Shown here: piece by piece, positions 19,544 through 29,657 of the stretch
Layout: every line of letters starts with the position of its first letter
Numbering within the stretch: the stretch's first letter is position 1
Assembly (NCBI GenBank): GCA_964543655.1
Contig: CAZIZE010000015.1
Coordinates: forward strand, 1 to 41,998
Length of the DNA: 41,998 bases
Source of the DNA: an uncultured bacterium
GTDB lineage: Bacteria; DYJV01
Reading direction: 5' to 3'
Notes under the pieces: model-generated
The model's database searches: none
What the model was told of the DNA's origin: nothing
What the model saw: only the letters and a program-made list of their open reading frames with translations
Made by a program: the position numbers and the translations under genes

Positions 19544-20842
19544 ATGAAAGTATTAGTTGTTGGAGGTGGTGGCAGAGAGCATGCACTTGTATGGAAGATT
19601 AGCCAGAATCCTGATGTGAAAAAAATATACTGTGCACCTGGTAATGCAGGTATTTCAAAGCATGCTGAATGTGTAAATATTGCAGCTTCAGATATAGATG
19701 CGCTTTTAGATTTTGCTAAACGTAACAATATTGATATTACAGTTGTTGGACCAGAGGACCCTCTTGTTAGGGGAATTGTTGATATTTTTGAAAAAAATAA
19801 TTTGAAAATTTTTGGACCTACTAAAGATGGGGCTATTCTTGAAGGGAGTAAGGTGTTTTCTAAAAATTTAATGAAAAAGTATAATATTCCAACTGCTGAT
19901 TTTAAAGTTTTTGATAATTTGAACTTGGCAAAGGAATATATAAGAGAAGTTGCATACCCTGTGGTTGTTAAAGCTGATGGCCTTGCAGCTGGAAAAGGTG
20001 TGATTATTTGCAAAAATTATGAAGATGCGGAAAAAGCCCTGATAGATATTATGGATAAAAAGATTTTTGGTGATGCAGGAGATAAAGTAGTGATTGAAGA
20101 TTGTCTTGTTGGAGAAGAAGCATCATTTATAGCTATTACAGATGGAGAAACAATTTTACCATTTGATTCTTCTCAGGACCATAAGCCAGTTTTTAACAAT
20201 GATGAGGGGCCAAATACTGGAGGAATGGGTGCGTATTCTCCAGCACCTGTTGTTACAGAGGAGATTTATGGAAAAATTATGGATAGGGTTATGAAACCAC
20301 TTTTAAATGGTTTTAAGCAGGAAGGAATAGATTACAAAGGAGTAATTTATGCTGGTTTGATGATTGTAAATGAAGAGCCATTTGTTCTTGAATTTAACTG
20401 TAGGTTTGGTGACCCGGAAACACAGCCTTTACTTACAAGATTAGAATCTGATTTAATTGAAATAATAAATGCCTCAATTGAAGGTAATTTAAAAGATGTA
20501 GAAAATAGTGTTAAATGGAGTCAAGATGCTTCTGTGTGTGTTGTAATGGCCTCTGGTGGTTACCCTAAAAAGTATGAGAAAGGGATTGAAATAAATGGCC
20601 TTGATGAAGTTGATAAAATGGAAAATGTAATAGTTTTTCATGCAGGAACAAAGTTTCATAATGGTAAAATTGTAACTAATGGGGGAAGGGTTTTAGGAGT
20701 TACTGCTCTTGCACCAACTATTAATACAGCAATTGATAAAGCGTATGAAGCTGTTAATAAAATTTCATGGAATAATGTTCATTTTAGAACTGATATTGGC
20801 AAAAAAGCTTTAAAATATATAAATGGAGCAAATAATGAGTAA
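19544..20842 (+). CDS. purD: phosphoribosylamine--glycine ligase
   Basis: GGGGREHAL, KADGLAAGKGV, GPNTGGMGAYSP, EFNCRFGDPETQ, GGRVL. Confidence 0.97.
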   Translation: MKVLVVGGGGREHALVWKISQNPDVKKIYCAPGNAGISKHAECVNIAASDIDALLDFAKRNNIDITVVGPEDPLVRGIVDIFEKNNLKIFGPTKDGAILEGSKVFSKNLMKKYNIPTADFKVFDNLNLAKEYIREVAYPVVVKADGLAAGKGVIICKNYEDAEKALIDIMDKKIFGDAGDKVVIEDCLVGEEASFIAITDGETILPFDSSQDHKPVFNNDEGPNTGGMGAYSPAPVVTEEIYGKIMDRVMKPLLNGFKQEGIDYKGVIYAGLMIVNEEPFVLEFNCRFGDPETQPLLTRLESDLIEIINASIEGNLKDVENSVKWSQDASVCVVMASGGYPKKYEKGIEINGLDEVDKMENVIVFHAGTKFHNGKIVTNGGRVLGVTALAPTINTAIDKAYEAVNKISWNNVHFRTDIGKKALKYINGANNE

Positions 20843-21098
20843 AGATGGTGATAATAGTGAAAATTTGGAAAAATTAAAAAAAGCTTTAAAAATAAGAGAT
20901 ATGATATTTTATGTTAGCATTGCTATAGGTTTTTTATCAATGGCTGCTGATTTGATGATTACTAAAAATATTTTTAAGCATGTTGGAGAGCTTATGATTT
21001 TAAGTATTTTTGCATTTGGGTTTGCAATTTATAATGAAGGTGCAAGAAAAAGATTAAAAATTAAAATAGAGAAGATAGAAAATGGAAAGCAAACATAA
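20835..21098 (+). CDS. small hypothetical membrane protein (two predicted TM helices)
   Basis: Two hydrophobic stretches; overlaps the purD stop and the next start. ATG 20835 follows GGAG. Confidence 0.7.
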   Translation: MSKDGDNSENLEKLKKALKIRDMIFYVSIAIGFLSMAADLMITKNIFKHVGELMILSIFAFGFAIYNEGARKRLKIKIEKIENGKQT

Positions 21099-22974
21099 TA
21101 GAATAAAACAGGTTTTAAAGGAATTCCCTTTTATAAGGGATATTGATGATTTTAGGATTGAAGAGCTTTGTGAGCGAACAGATATTTTAAGTTTTAAAGC
21201 TGGTGATATAATTTTAAGAAAAGGTGAGCCATGCCACAAAGGTCTGTATTTAATAATTAAAGGAAAGATAGAGGTTGTTAATCCAGATACTGGTCTCTCC
21301 TACTTTGTTGAAAAGAATGATATAGTTGGAATTACAGCCTTTATTGGAAGAAGGACTTATGCTGTTACAGCTACATGTGTTGAAGATTCAGAGGTTATTT
21401 TTCTGCCAGATATTTGAATTTACAGATTAATTGGGGAGTATCCCCAATTTAAAGATTTTTTTCAGAAAAAAATAGATGAAAGATTATCCCAGATTAAAGT
21501 TGACACAAGGGAAAAAATTTATACGCCAACATATAGACCAATTGGTTCTTACATGACTTCTCCTATTATTTCTATTCCACTTGATACACCTTTTTTGCAG
21601 GCAGTAAAAAAGATGGGAGAGAACAAAGTTGGCTCTCTTGTAGTTATTAATAGCAGTAATGAACTTGCAGGATTAATAACTTCTAAAAATTTAATTCATA
21701 AATTTTTTGATAAATTTCCAGAAAAAAAGGTTAATGAATTAACAGCTAAAGATTTTATTGATAGATTTCCTGTGCATTTACCACCAGAGTATCCGCTTCT
21801 TGAGGCTTTGTATGAAATGCAGTCTAAAGATGAAGATTATGCTGTTGTATGTGAAAAATTAACTCCTGTGGGGATTATTTCTTCAAAAGATATTTTAAGA
21901 ATTCTTTTTAAAAGTGCCACGCTATATGAAACTCATATTGATAATGCTGATAATTTGAACGACCTTAAGGAAATCCATAAAAATTTGTACAAAATAGCAG
22001 ATAATTTAATAGAAAATACCCGTTATATTTCAGATGTGTTAACAATTCTATCTTCAATCCATCTAAAAATTCAGAGAAAAGTTTATGAAATTTCAGCAAA
22101 AGTTTTTTTTGAAAATAACAGATTAAGAATTAATGTAAAAAATATTCCCCATGCATTAATAGTAATGGGTAGTGGTGGTAGAAGGGAGATGTCCCTTGAT
22201 CCTGATCAGGACAATGGATTTATAATATCAGATAAAATTACAGATATTGAAAAAGAATATTTAAACGAATTCGGGAAGATGCTTGTGGAGAATTTAGCTT
22301 ATGTAGGATATGAGAAGTGTGAAGGTAATATTATGGTGACCAATCCTGAAATGAGTAAAACTTTATCTGAATGGAAAAAGGATATTAGTGAATGGATAGA
22401 AAATCCAGGTAAATGGGGAGTTAGATGGTCAACGATTCTTTTTGATTTTGATTGTCTTGTTGGTGATGAAAAGTTGGTTTGGGAATTAAGAGAGTTTATT
22501 TTAAAGAAAATTTCTTTAAGACCAGCATTTTTAATGCAAATATTACAGAGTGATTCTAACAAAGCAGTGCCAATTTCTATATTTGGAGGTTTTATTACTG
22601 AGAAAAAAGGTAAATATAAAGGGAAATTTAATTTAAAAAGAACAGGATTGATGTTTATAGTGGATATAGCAAGGGTTTTTTCACTTTATAAGGGAATTTC
22701 AGATTTAAATACAAAGTCAAGATTAAAGCATCTTGAGCGATTAAATGTTTTATCTGAGGAAACTGTTCAAAATGTGCTTGAAGCATATGAAATTATGACA
22801 AATATTATTCTTTCACATCAGATTGAACAGGCTAAAAATAATGAAGAGTTGGATAAGTTTATTAATCCAAAATCTTTGTCAGTGTTTAAACAGGAAAGGT
22901 TAAAGGAATCTTTAAAAACAGTTTCGAAATTTTTAGATATAGCAATGGGATATTTTGGAGGTTCTCCATTTTAA
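21082..22974 (+). CDS. cNMP-binding + CBS-pair + GlnD/GlnE-like nucleotidyltransferase (DUF294-type) protein with in-frame TGA at codon 112, probable selenocysteine (630 aa)
   Basis: ORFs 21082..21417 and 21553..22974 are in one frame, joined by 45 sense codons (IYRLIGEYPQFKDFF...RPIGSY). NTase motif GSGGRREMSLDPDQDNG is intact. A perfect hairpin follows the TGA. Confidence 0.85.
21429..21449 (+). promoter_or_regulatory. SECIS-like hairpin after TGA 21415-21417
   Basis: AAUUGGGGA-GUA-UCCCCAAUU: perfect 9-bp stem at +12..+32, with G as the first loop base (+21). Confidence 0.7.
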
Positions 22975-23673
22975 ATGATTAAAAGTTTTTTTAGTAAAAT
23001 TTTACAAAGCAAACCTGACGATTCAGGAAAGATTGATGATCCACTTGTGCTCTATGTTAGAAAATTATTAACACCTAAGAGTATAAATAATTGTCTTAAA
23101 ATAAATCTGGAAAATATTACTTTTACAGTAATTGATACAGAAACCACGGGGCTTGATAAAAAGAAGGATAAAATTTTAAGTATAGCAGGGGTAAAAATTA
23201 AAAAATTTCGAATAGTCAATATTTACAATGTTTTTGTTGATGCTGGAGTGCCTATACCAGAAGAATCAAAAAAGTTTCATGGGATTGATGATGAGCATTT
23301 AAAGGATAAGCCAAAATTAGTAGAAATTTTTCCAGATTTTTTAAAATTTTTAAAAGATACAGTAATAGTTGGTCATCACATTAAATTTGATGTTGAAATG
23401 ATAAATGTAGAACTTGAAAAAAATTATGGCGTCAAGCTTCCAAACTATATAATTGATACAGGACATCTCTACAATTTTTTAACAAACACAGAGGAGAAAG
23501 TTAGCCTTGATTATTTAATGAAAGAGTTTCATGTAAAATGTGAAGATAGGCATTCTGCTCTTGGAGATGCAATTGCCACAGCAGAAGTTTTTATAAAATT
23601 AATTTCAAAATTTGGAAATAAATTAAGTACTCTTGATGACCTTTATCAGAATAAACTTTTAAAAAGAATTTGA
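22975..23673 (+). CDS. DEDDh 3'-5' exonuclease (DnaQ/Pol III epsilon-like)
   Basis: IDTETTG, GHHIKFD, IDT, HSALGDA. Confidence 0.92.
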   Translation: MIKSFFSKILQSKPDDSGKIDDPLVLYVRKLLTPKSINNCLKINLENITFTVIDTETTGLDKKKDKILSIAGVKIKKFRIVNIYNVFVDAGVPIPEESKKFHGIDDEHLKDKPKLVEIFPDFLKFLKDTVIVGHHIKFDVEMINVELEKNYGVKLPNYIIDTGHLYNFLTNTEEKVSLDYLMKEFHVKCEDRHSALGDAIATAEVFIKLISKFGNKLSTLDDLYQNKLLKRI

Positions 23674-23674
23674 G

Positions 23675-25567
23675 GTGGTAATGAAATTTACAGAAGAAGA
23701 TTTAAACATACTTTGCAGAAAGTTTAAAAGGGGAAGCTTTACAATAGATGAGTTTAAAAAGCTTCATGAAGAGTACAGTAGTGATTTTAAAAATTTTTTT
23801 GATAAATTAGCTAAAAAATATATTGAATGGAACAAAAATTATTGGGAAGTTCTTGATGACTCTAATTTCCCTTTTTTTAAGTGGTTTACAAAGGGAAGAC
23901 TTGATATTTGTTACAATATTTTTGAAAAATTTCTTGATACACCAAAGAGGAATAAAGCAGCTTTTATCTGGCAGGGTATTGACAGAACAGAGAAAATTTA
24001 TACATACCAGACACTTTTTTATGAAGTGGGTAAATTATCCTATGGGTTAAAAGAATTAGGTGTTAAAAGAGGTGATAGGGTTTTTATATTTATGCCAAAT
24101 TTACCAGAGTTAATTATAGCTGTGCTGGCATGTGCAAAAATTGGTGCTGTGCATGTAATTTACAATTATAAATTTTCTTCAGAGGCTCTTCTTGAAAGAA
24201 TTTTAGATTGTACTCCAAAGGTTATTCTTACAGCAGATGGAAGTTATGAGGAGGGTTACTATAAGGTTAAATCAAAAATTGACAAAATTTTTAACCAGAT
24301 TGAAAGTATAGTAAAGTATGTTATTGTTGTGAAAAGAACTGAAAGAAAAATTAAAATGAAACCTCTGAAAGATATTTGGTATCATGAGTTAATTGATTCT
24401 ATTCCATTTGATCATGCTAAACTTCAGAAAAAAATTTATGCTGAATCAGAAGACCCATTATTTATAATTTATGCAGCAACCAACCAGATTACTCCTAAAG
24501 GTCTTATTCATACAACTGCTGGATATTTATTATGGATATTTTTTACAACTAATCTTATCTTTGATATAAATGAAACAGATACTTTCTGGTGTACCTTTGA
24601 TTTTTCATCAATAGTTACTTTAAGCTATGGTATTTATGGGCCATTATCTCTTGGTGGTACAATCTTTCTATTTGAAGGTGCAATAGATTATGAAGATGCA
24701 CATAGATTTTATGAAATAGTAGAAAACTATAAAATAACAAAATTGTACACTCATCCAAATATATTGAGAAACTTGATGAATGCAAATTTAAAGAAAAAAA
24801 TAGATGGTGATACGCAATCTTTAAAATTAATAGCCACTACTGGTGAAACAGTTAATTTAAGATTATTTGAATGGATTTACAAAGTTCTTGGTTACAAAGT
24901 TACTCCTGTAATTGATATTTGGTTTCAAACAGAATCAGGTGGTGCATTAATATCCTCCATTCCATGTCTTGTTGCACCAAAGCCAGAATCTATAGCAAAG
25001 CCACTTCCAGGAGTTGATGTAGCTATTGTTGATTCATTTGGAAATGAGCTTTCTAATGATAATACAGGAACTATTGTAATAAAAAAGCCGCATCCAGCCT
25101 TTATACGCAATATATGGAATGATCCTGATACTTATAAAAATTATTACTGGAAAAGACTTAATGAAAAAAATTATTTTATAACAGGTGATAGTGCCTATAT
25201 TGATAAAGATGGGTATATTTTCTTAAAAGGTAGAATTGATAACATTATAAATATAGAAGGAAAAAGGATAAGTTTGCTTGAAATAGAATCCACTATACTT
25301 AAAATAAAAGATATAGAGGAATGCTCAGTTATATCGTATAATCATCCACGTAAAGGTTCTATTCTTGCTGCTTTTTGTGTACCTGAAAAAAATATTTCAG
25401 AATGGCAGATTACAGAACTTGAAAATGAAATAAAAGAGAAAATAAAAAATAACCTTGGTGATTGGATAAACTTGCAGGAGATTAGATTTACTCAAGTTCT
25501 TCCAAAATCTCCATCAGGAAAGGTTTTAAAAGACCTGCTTAGAGAAATAGCGTTAGGTATGGAATAA
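23675..25567 (+). CDS. acetyl-CoA synthetase-like protein with degenerate AMP-binding P-loop
   Basis: Acs architecture (FFKWF, RNKAAFIW, DIWFQTE, TGD, GRID, PKSPSGK), but YAATNQITPKG replaces YTSG(S/T)TGxPKG. Confidence 0.8.
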   Translation: MVMKFTEEDLNILCRKFKRGSFTIDEFKKLHEEYSSDFKNFFDKLAKKYIEWNKNYWEVLDDSNFPFFKWFTKGRLDICYNIFEKFLDTPKRNKAAFIWQGIDRTEKIYTYQTLFYEVGKLSYGLKELGVKRGDRVFIFMPNLPELIIAVLACAKIGAVHVIYNYKFSSEALLERILDCTPKVILTADGSYEEGYYKVKSKIDKIFNQIESIVKYVIVVKRTERKIKMKPLKDIWYHELIDSIPFDHAKLQKKIYAESEDPLFIIYAATNQITPKGLIHTTAGYLLWIFFTTNLIFDINETDTFWCTFDFSSIVTLSYGIYGPLSLGGTIFLFEGAIDYEDAHRFYEIVENYKITKLYTHPNILRNLMNANLKKKIDGDTQSLKLIATTGETVNLRLFEWIYKVLGYKVTPVIDIWFQTESGGALISSIPCLVAPKPESIAKPLPGVDVAIVDSFGNELSNDNTGTIVIKKPHPAFIRNIWNDPDTYKNYYWKRLNEKNYFITGDSAYIDKDGYIFLKGRIDNIINIEGKRISLLEIESTILKIKDIEECSVISYNHPRKGSILAAFCVPEKNISEWQITELENEIKEKIKNNLGDWINLQEIRFTQVLPKSPSGKVLKDLLREIALGME

Positions 25568-26584
25568 ATGCGTTTGGAGGCTGAAATGGATAAAAAAATT
25601 TATTTTGTTTCATCTGGTTCTTATGTGCCTAAAAATATAATGAAAAATGATGATTTAAAAAAGTATATTGAAACCTCTGATGAATGGATTTATACCAGAA
25701 CTGGTATTAAAGAGAGAAGAATAGCAGATAAAGATGAAGCAGCTTCTGACCTTGCATATGAAGCTTCTAAAATAATACTTGATAGAGCCAAAGTTTTTTC
25801 AGAGGAAATAGAGCTGATTGTTATGGCGACAATTACTCCTGATACCTGTTGTCCAAGTGGTGCTAATTGGCTTGAGGCTAAATTAGATGCTGTTAATGCT
25901 GTTTCCTTTGATGTTACAGCTGCATGTACAGGATTTCTTTTTGCTCTTTCAGTTGCAATGCAATATTTAAGAACAGGGGCATTTAAAAATGCACTTGTTG
26001 TTGCATCAGAGGTTATGAGCAGAGTTGTTAATTGGTATGATAGGGATACATGCATATTGTGGGGTGATGGTGCAGGAGGATGTTTTTTAAGTGTTGAAGA
26101 TAGATTTGAAGGAGCCCCAATTTTAAAGGAGGTTTTTATCCATACTGATGGCAAAAATGGGCAAAATCTCCTAATGCCAGGAGGTGGCTCTAAAACCACA
26201 CCTATTTCACATGAAAGTGTAGATAAAAAGCTTCATTATTTAAAAATGATACATGCAAGCGATTCAATGAGAGTTGCTGTTAGAAGATTCTCAGAGAGCT
26301 GTTTTCAGGTAATGGAGTATTTTAACCTCAAAGCAGAAGATATATCTCTTGTAGTTCCTCATCAAGCTAATTATAGAATTATAAAAAATGTTGCAAAAAA
26401 AATAAATATTCCTTTAGAAAAATTCCATTTAACCATAGAAAAATATGGTAATTCATCCTCTTCATCAATGGCAATTGCTCTTGATGAAGCAATTGGTGAG
26501 GGAAGGGTGAAAAAGGGAGACAATATTATTTTAACAGGTTTTGGAGGTGGATTAACATGGGGAAGCGCACTGATTCAATGGTAA
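25568..26584 (+). CDS. fabH: beta-ketoacyl-ACP synthase III
   Basis: AACTGF, HQAN, YGNSS catalytic triad; GFGGGLTWG. Confidence 0.9.
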   Translation: MRLEAEMDKKIYFVSSGSYVPKNIMKNDDLKKYIETSDEWIYTRTGIKERRIADKDEAASDLAYEASKIILDRAKVFSEEIELIVMATITPDTCCPSGANWLEAKLDAVNAVSFDVTAACTGFLFALSVAMQYLRTGAFKNALVVASEVMSRVVNWYDRDTCILWGDGAGGCFLSVEDRFEGAPILKEVFIHTDGKNGQNLLMPGGGSKTTPISHESVDKKLHYLKMIHASDSMRVAVRRFSESCFQVMEYFNLKAEDISLVVPHQANYRIIKNVAKKINIPLEKFHLTIEKYGNSSSSSMAIALDEAIGEGRVKKGDNIILTGFGGGLTWGSALIQW

Positions 26585-27741
26585 ATGAAAATTTTAAAAA
26601 AAAGTTAGAGGAGATAAAAATTTTTGCTGAAAAAGAAGTTTTGCCAAAGGCAAAAGTTATTGATTTTAAAAATGAATTCCCCTATGATTTATGTGAAAGA
26701 ATGCATCATTTAAAGTGCTTTTCTTTAATAATTCCAAAAGAGTTTGGTGGAGAAGGATTTGGCATTTATGAAACAGCTAAAATTATAGAAACATTATCTT
26801 ATGCTTCAGCATCAATTGGATTGCTTGTAATATGCCATACTACTGGTTTATTACCAATATTGTTAACAGGTAGTAGAGAGCAGAAAGAGAGATTTTTTGG
26901 TGAGGTTATTGAAAATAAGAAATTATTTGCATTTGCTCTTACAGAAGCAAAAGCTGGGTCTGATGCAGCGTCAATAAAATCAATTGCCAAAAAAAGTGAT
27001 AATGGAGAAGGATATATAATAAAAGGGATAAAGGTTTTTGTTACAAATATTGGTATTTCAGATTTTTATACTATTTTTGCAAAAACAGAAGCACGTAAAG
27101 GTTCAAGAGGTATTAGCTGTTTTGTAATAGAAAAGAGCTGTGATGGTTTTGAAATTTTATCTGTTGAAGAAAAAATTGGTATGAGAGGGATTCCATGTGG
27201 AAATTTAAAATTGAGAAATGTTAAAGTTTCAAAAGATTGTTTAATAGGTAGAGAAGGGGAAGGTTTTAAAATAGGGTTAAACACATTGAATAATTCTCGA
27301 CCATTTGTTGCAGCTCAGGCTATAGGTATAGCTCGTTATTCTTTTAACAGGGCAATGGTTTATGCTGCTAATAGAAAGCAATTTGGCAAACCTATTGCCA
27401 AGCATCAGGCTGTTATGTTTAAATTATCAAAAATGGCTATGAATATTGAAGCAGCAGAATGCTTAACTGAAAAAACATGTAAAATGCTTGATAAAAAGGA
27501 CCCGGCAAGTAGTAAATTTTCTGCAATGAGTAAAGCTTTTGCAACTGATGTTGCAATGGAGACCACTATTGACACAATGCAAATTTTTGGTGGTTATGCT
27601 ACAAATCGAAATGGTGATATTGAAAGATTAATGAGGGATGCAAAAATTACACAGATTTTTGAAGGTAGTAATGAAATTCAGAATCTTGTAATAGGAAATC
27701 AATTATACAAGGAAGCAGGGATATTAGAAAAGATTGGTTAA
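26578..27741 (+). CDS. acyl-CoA dehydrogenase
   Basis: [39 protein letters not shown] 26578 overlaps the fabH stop. Confidence 0.9.
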   Translation: MVNENFKKKLEEIKIFAEKEVLPKAKVIDFKNEFPYDLCERMHHLKCFSLIIPKEFGGEGFGIYETAKIIETLSYASASIGLLVICHTTGLLPILLTGSREQKERFFGEVIENKKLFAFALTEAKAGSDAASIKSIAKKSDNGEGYIIKGIKVFVTNIGISDFYTIFAKTEARKGSRGISCFVIEKSCDGFEILSVEEKIGMRGIPCGNLKLRNVKVSKDCLIGREGEGFKIGLNTLNNSRPFVAAQAIGIARYSFNRAMVYAANRKQFGKPIAKHQAVMFKLSKMAMNIEAAECLTEKTCKMLDKKDPASSKFSAMSKAFATDVAMETTIDTMQIFGGYATNRNGDIERLMRDAKITQIFEGSNEIQNLVIGNQLYKEAGILEKIG

Positions 27742-28541
27742 TACTCTTTTAATGCATTTACGATTTTGACCACATTATTTTTAATTAAATGGAGATAATT
27801 TATCTTTTCATTTCCAAACAGCTCAAGGGTTACAACTTTTCCTGAGATACTTTTTGCAAAATTTTTTACAGTATTGTTATGTCCCTTTAATCCTACAACT
27901 ATTATTTTTACATTTTTTCTTTTAGCAATATTTATAAGCCTTAGATAATGTTTTAATGAAATATTCGCACCATGCTCTTTTGAAATTGTACCAACTATAT
28001 TAAGGCCAAAATCTTTTGCAAAATAATTCCATGCTGGATGGTATTGAATTATATTTTTAAATTTAATTTTTTCTATTCTCTTTTGCAATTTGCTATGTTC
28101 ATTTATTAATTTTTTCAAATAGTTTTCTGATTTTACTGTGATAATATTACACTGTTGTTTATCAAGTTTACATAAGATTTTGTTTAAAAATTTAATTTTT
28201 TCTATCATAATGGCAGGTGAAAGCCATATGTGAGGATTGAGTTTTTTATTCAATAAATATACTTTATTACATTTTTTTGATAAAAATTTTTCTATCCATC
28301 CATCAAAATCTTTTTCAATACCAATAAATATATCTGCTTTTTTCAATTGAACAGCTATTTTAGGTGTTGGCTCAAAGATATGGGGATTTGCATTTGGAGG
28401 AATCGTACAAAAAATATTGTAATTATCAGGGGATATATTTTTTATTATATCAGCTAAAGGATAAATTGAAGTAGCAATATTAATACAGAAAATTTTCAAA
28501 GGAAATAGTAGTATTAAAATTAATATAAAAATTTTTTTCAT
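27738..28541 (-). CDS. ZnuA/TroA-family metal ABC transporter substrate-binding protein
   Basis: Signal peptide, NPHIFEP, NPHIWLSP, YHPAWNYF. Confidence 0.88.
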   Translation of the reverse strand: MKKIFILILILLFPLKIFCINIATSIYPLADIIKNISPDNYNIFCTIPPNANPHIFEPTPKIAVQLKKADIFIGIEKDFDGWIEKFLSKKCNKVYLLNKKLNPHIWLSPAIMIEKIKFLNKILCKLDKQQCNIITVKSENYLKKLINEHSKLQKRIEKIKFKNIIQYHPAWNYFAKDFGLNIVGTISKEHGANISLKHYLRLINIAKRKNVKIIVVGLKGHNNTVKNFAKSISGKVVTLELFGNEKINYLHLIKNNVVKIVNALKEY

Positions 28542-28548
28542 AATAAAT

Positions 28549-28573
28549 AAAAAAAGCCGGCTAAAAGCCGGCT
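28549..28573 (-). terminator. intrinsic terminator after the lyase gene
   Basis: AGCCGGCT-TTT-AGCCGGCT stem followed by a U tract on the minus strand. Confidence 0.8.
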
Positions 28574-28578
28574 AAAAT

Positions 28579-29595
28579 TTATCTTCCTGTGTAAGATTTT
28601 GGAATTCTTCCAGAACGAATACATTCTGAACGCAATCTTCTACCTACAATTTTTTCTACCATCTGTCCAATTTCAAGTATTCTGTCAATATCAATACCTG
28701 TCTCAATACCCATTTCATCCATCATAACAAGAGTATCTTCAGTTGGAATAAGACCAACTATATTGGGATCTCTGTAATAATATTTACCTGTACCAGGAAC
28801 AGGAACACCATCTACAAAGTTTGCTGGTTGACCACCAATTCCACCAAGAGTGCCTTCAAAATGTGTGATACCAGCCTGAAGTGCCGCCAGAACATTGGCT
28901 GTTCCCCATCCTCTTGTTTGATGAAAATGTGCAATATGAAGGTCTGGATTAGGTAACTTATCCATAATCATTGAAAAGTATTCATAAACTTTATTTGGTG
29001 GAGCAGAGCCATCATGATCAGCATGTTCTATATCAGTAGCACCAATATCAAGCCATCTTTGGGTAAATTCAACAGCTTTTTTTAATTCTGTAGGACCTTC
29101 AATTGGACATCCCCAGATAGTGCTAACAGTACCACAAACTTGCAATCCAGCATCTCTTGCCATTTTAATATACTTTTCAGCCATTGCCCAATATTCTTTT
29201 AAAGATAGACCAGAATTTCTTCTATGATGAGATTCACTTGTAGAAACCATTAGCAATATTCTGTCTGGACCATAACCCTCTTTTTTAGCATTAATTGCTC
29301 TTTCTATTGAACGCTCTCTAATAGTAATAGCTGTGAAAACAACATCATTAATTTTGTCTTTAACTTTTTTGCTGTTTCTAATAGCTTTAAATAGTTCGTC
29401 AGCATCCTTAAACTGAGGCATAAATTTTGGTGGTCCAAAATTAGTTACTTCAAGATGCTTAACTCCAGCAAGTATAAGCTCTTCCAAAACCCATAATTTT
29501 GCTTCAGTTGGAATAAATTTCTCTTCATGTTGAAAACCGTCTCTAACAGTAATATCACCAAAAACAACTTTTTTGGGGTAATTTAATTCTGCCAT
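28579..29595 (-). CDS. HMG-CoA lyase-like DRE-TIM metallolyase
   Basis: DITVRDGFQHE, WGCPIEG, HFHQTRG, GGIGG. Start moved to ATG 29595, which follows SD AAGGAGG. Confidence 0.82.
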   Translation of the reverse strand: MAELNYPKKVVFGDITVRDGFQHEEKFIPTEAKLWVLEELILAGVKHLEVTNFGPPKFMPQFKDADELFKAIRNSKKVKDKINDVVFTAITIRERSIERAINAKKEGYGPDRILLMVSTSESHHRRNSGLSLKEYWAMAEKYIKMARDAGLQVCGTVSTIWGCPIEGPTELKKAVEFTQRWLDIGATDIEHADHDGSAPPNKVYEYFSMIMDKLPNPDLHIAHFHQTRGWGTANVLAALQAGITHFEGTLGGIGGQPANFVDGVPVPGTGKYYYRDPNIVGLIPTEDTLVMMDEMGIETGIDIDRILEIGQMVEKIVGRRLRSECIRSGRIPKSYTGR

Positions 29596-29657
29596 AAACC
29601 CTCCTTTAATATTTTCCAACTTATATATAAAATATTACGTAAACTGTCAAGTATTAT

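Noticed and set aside
23671-23727. Readthrough of the TGA ending the exonuclease gene (also the TGA stops of bamB and bamC)
   Set aside because: The domains are complete, the next gene starts immediately or nearby, and no SECIS-like hairpin is evident.
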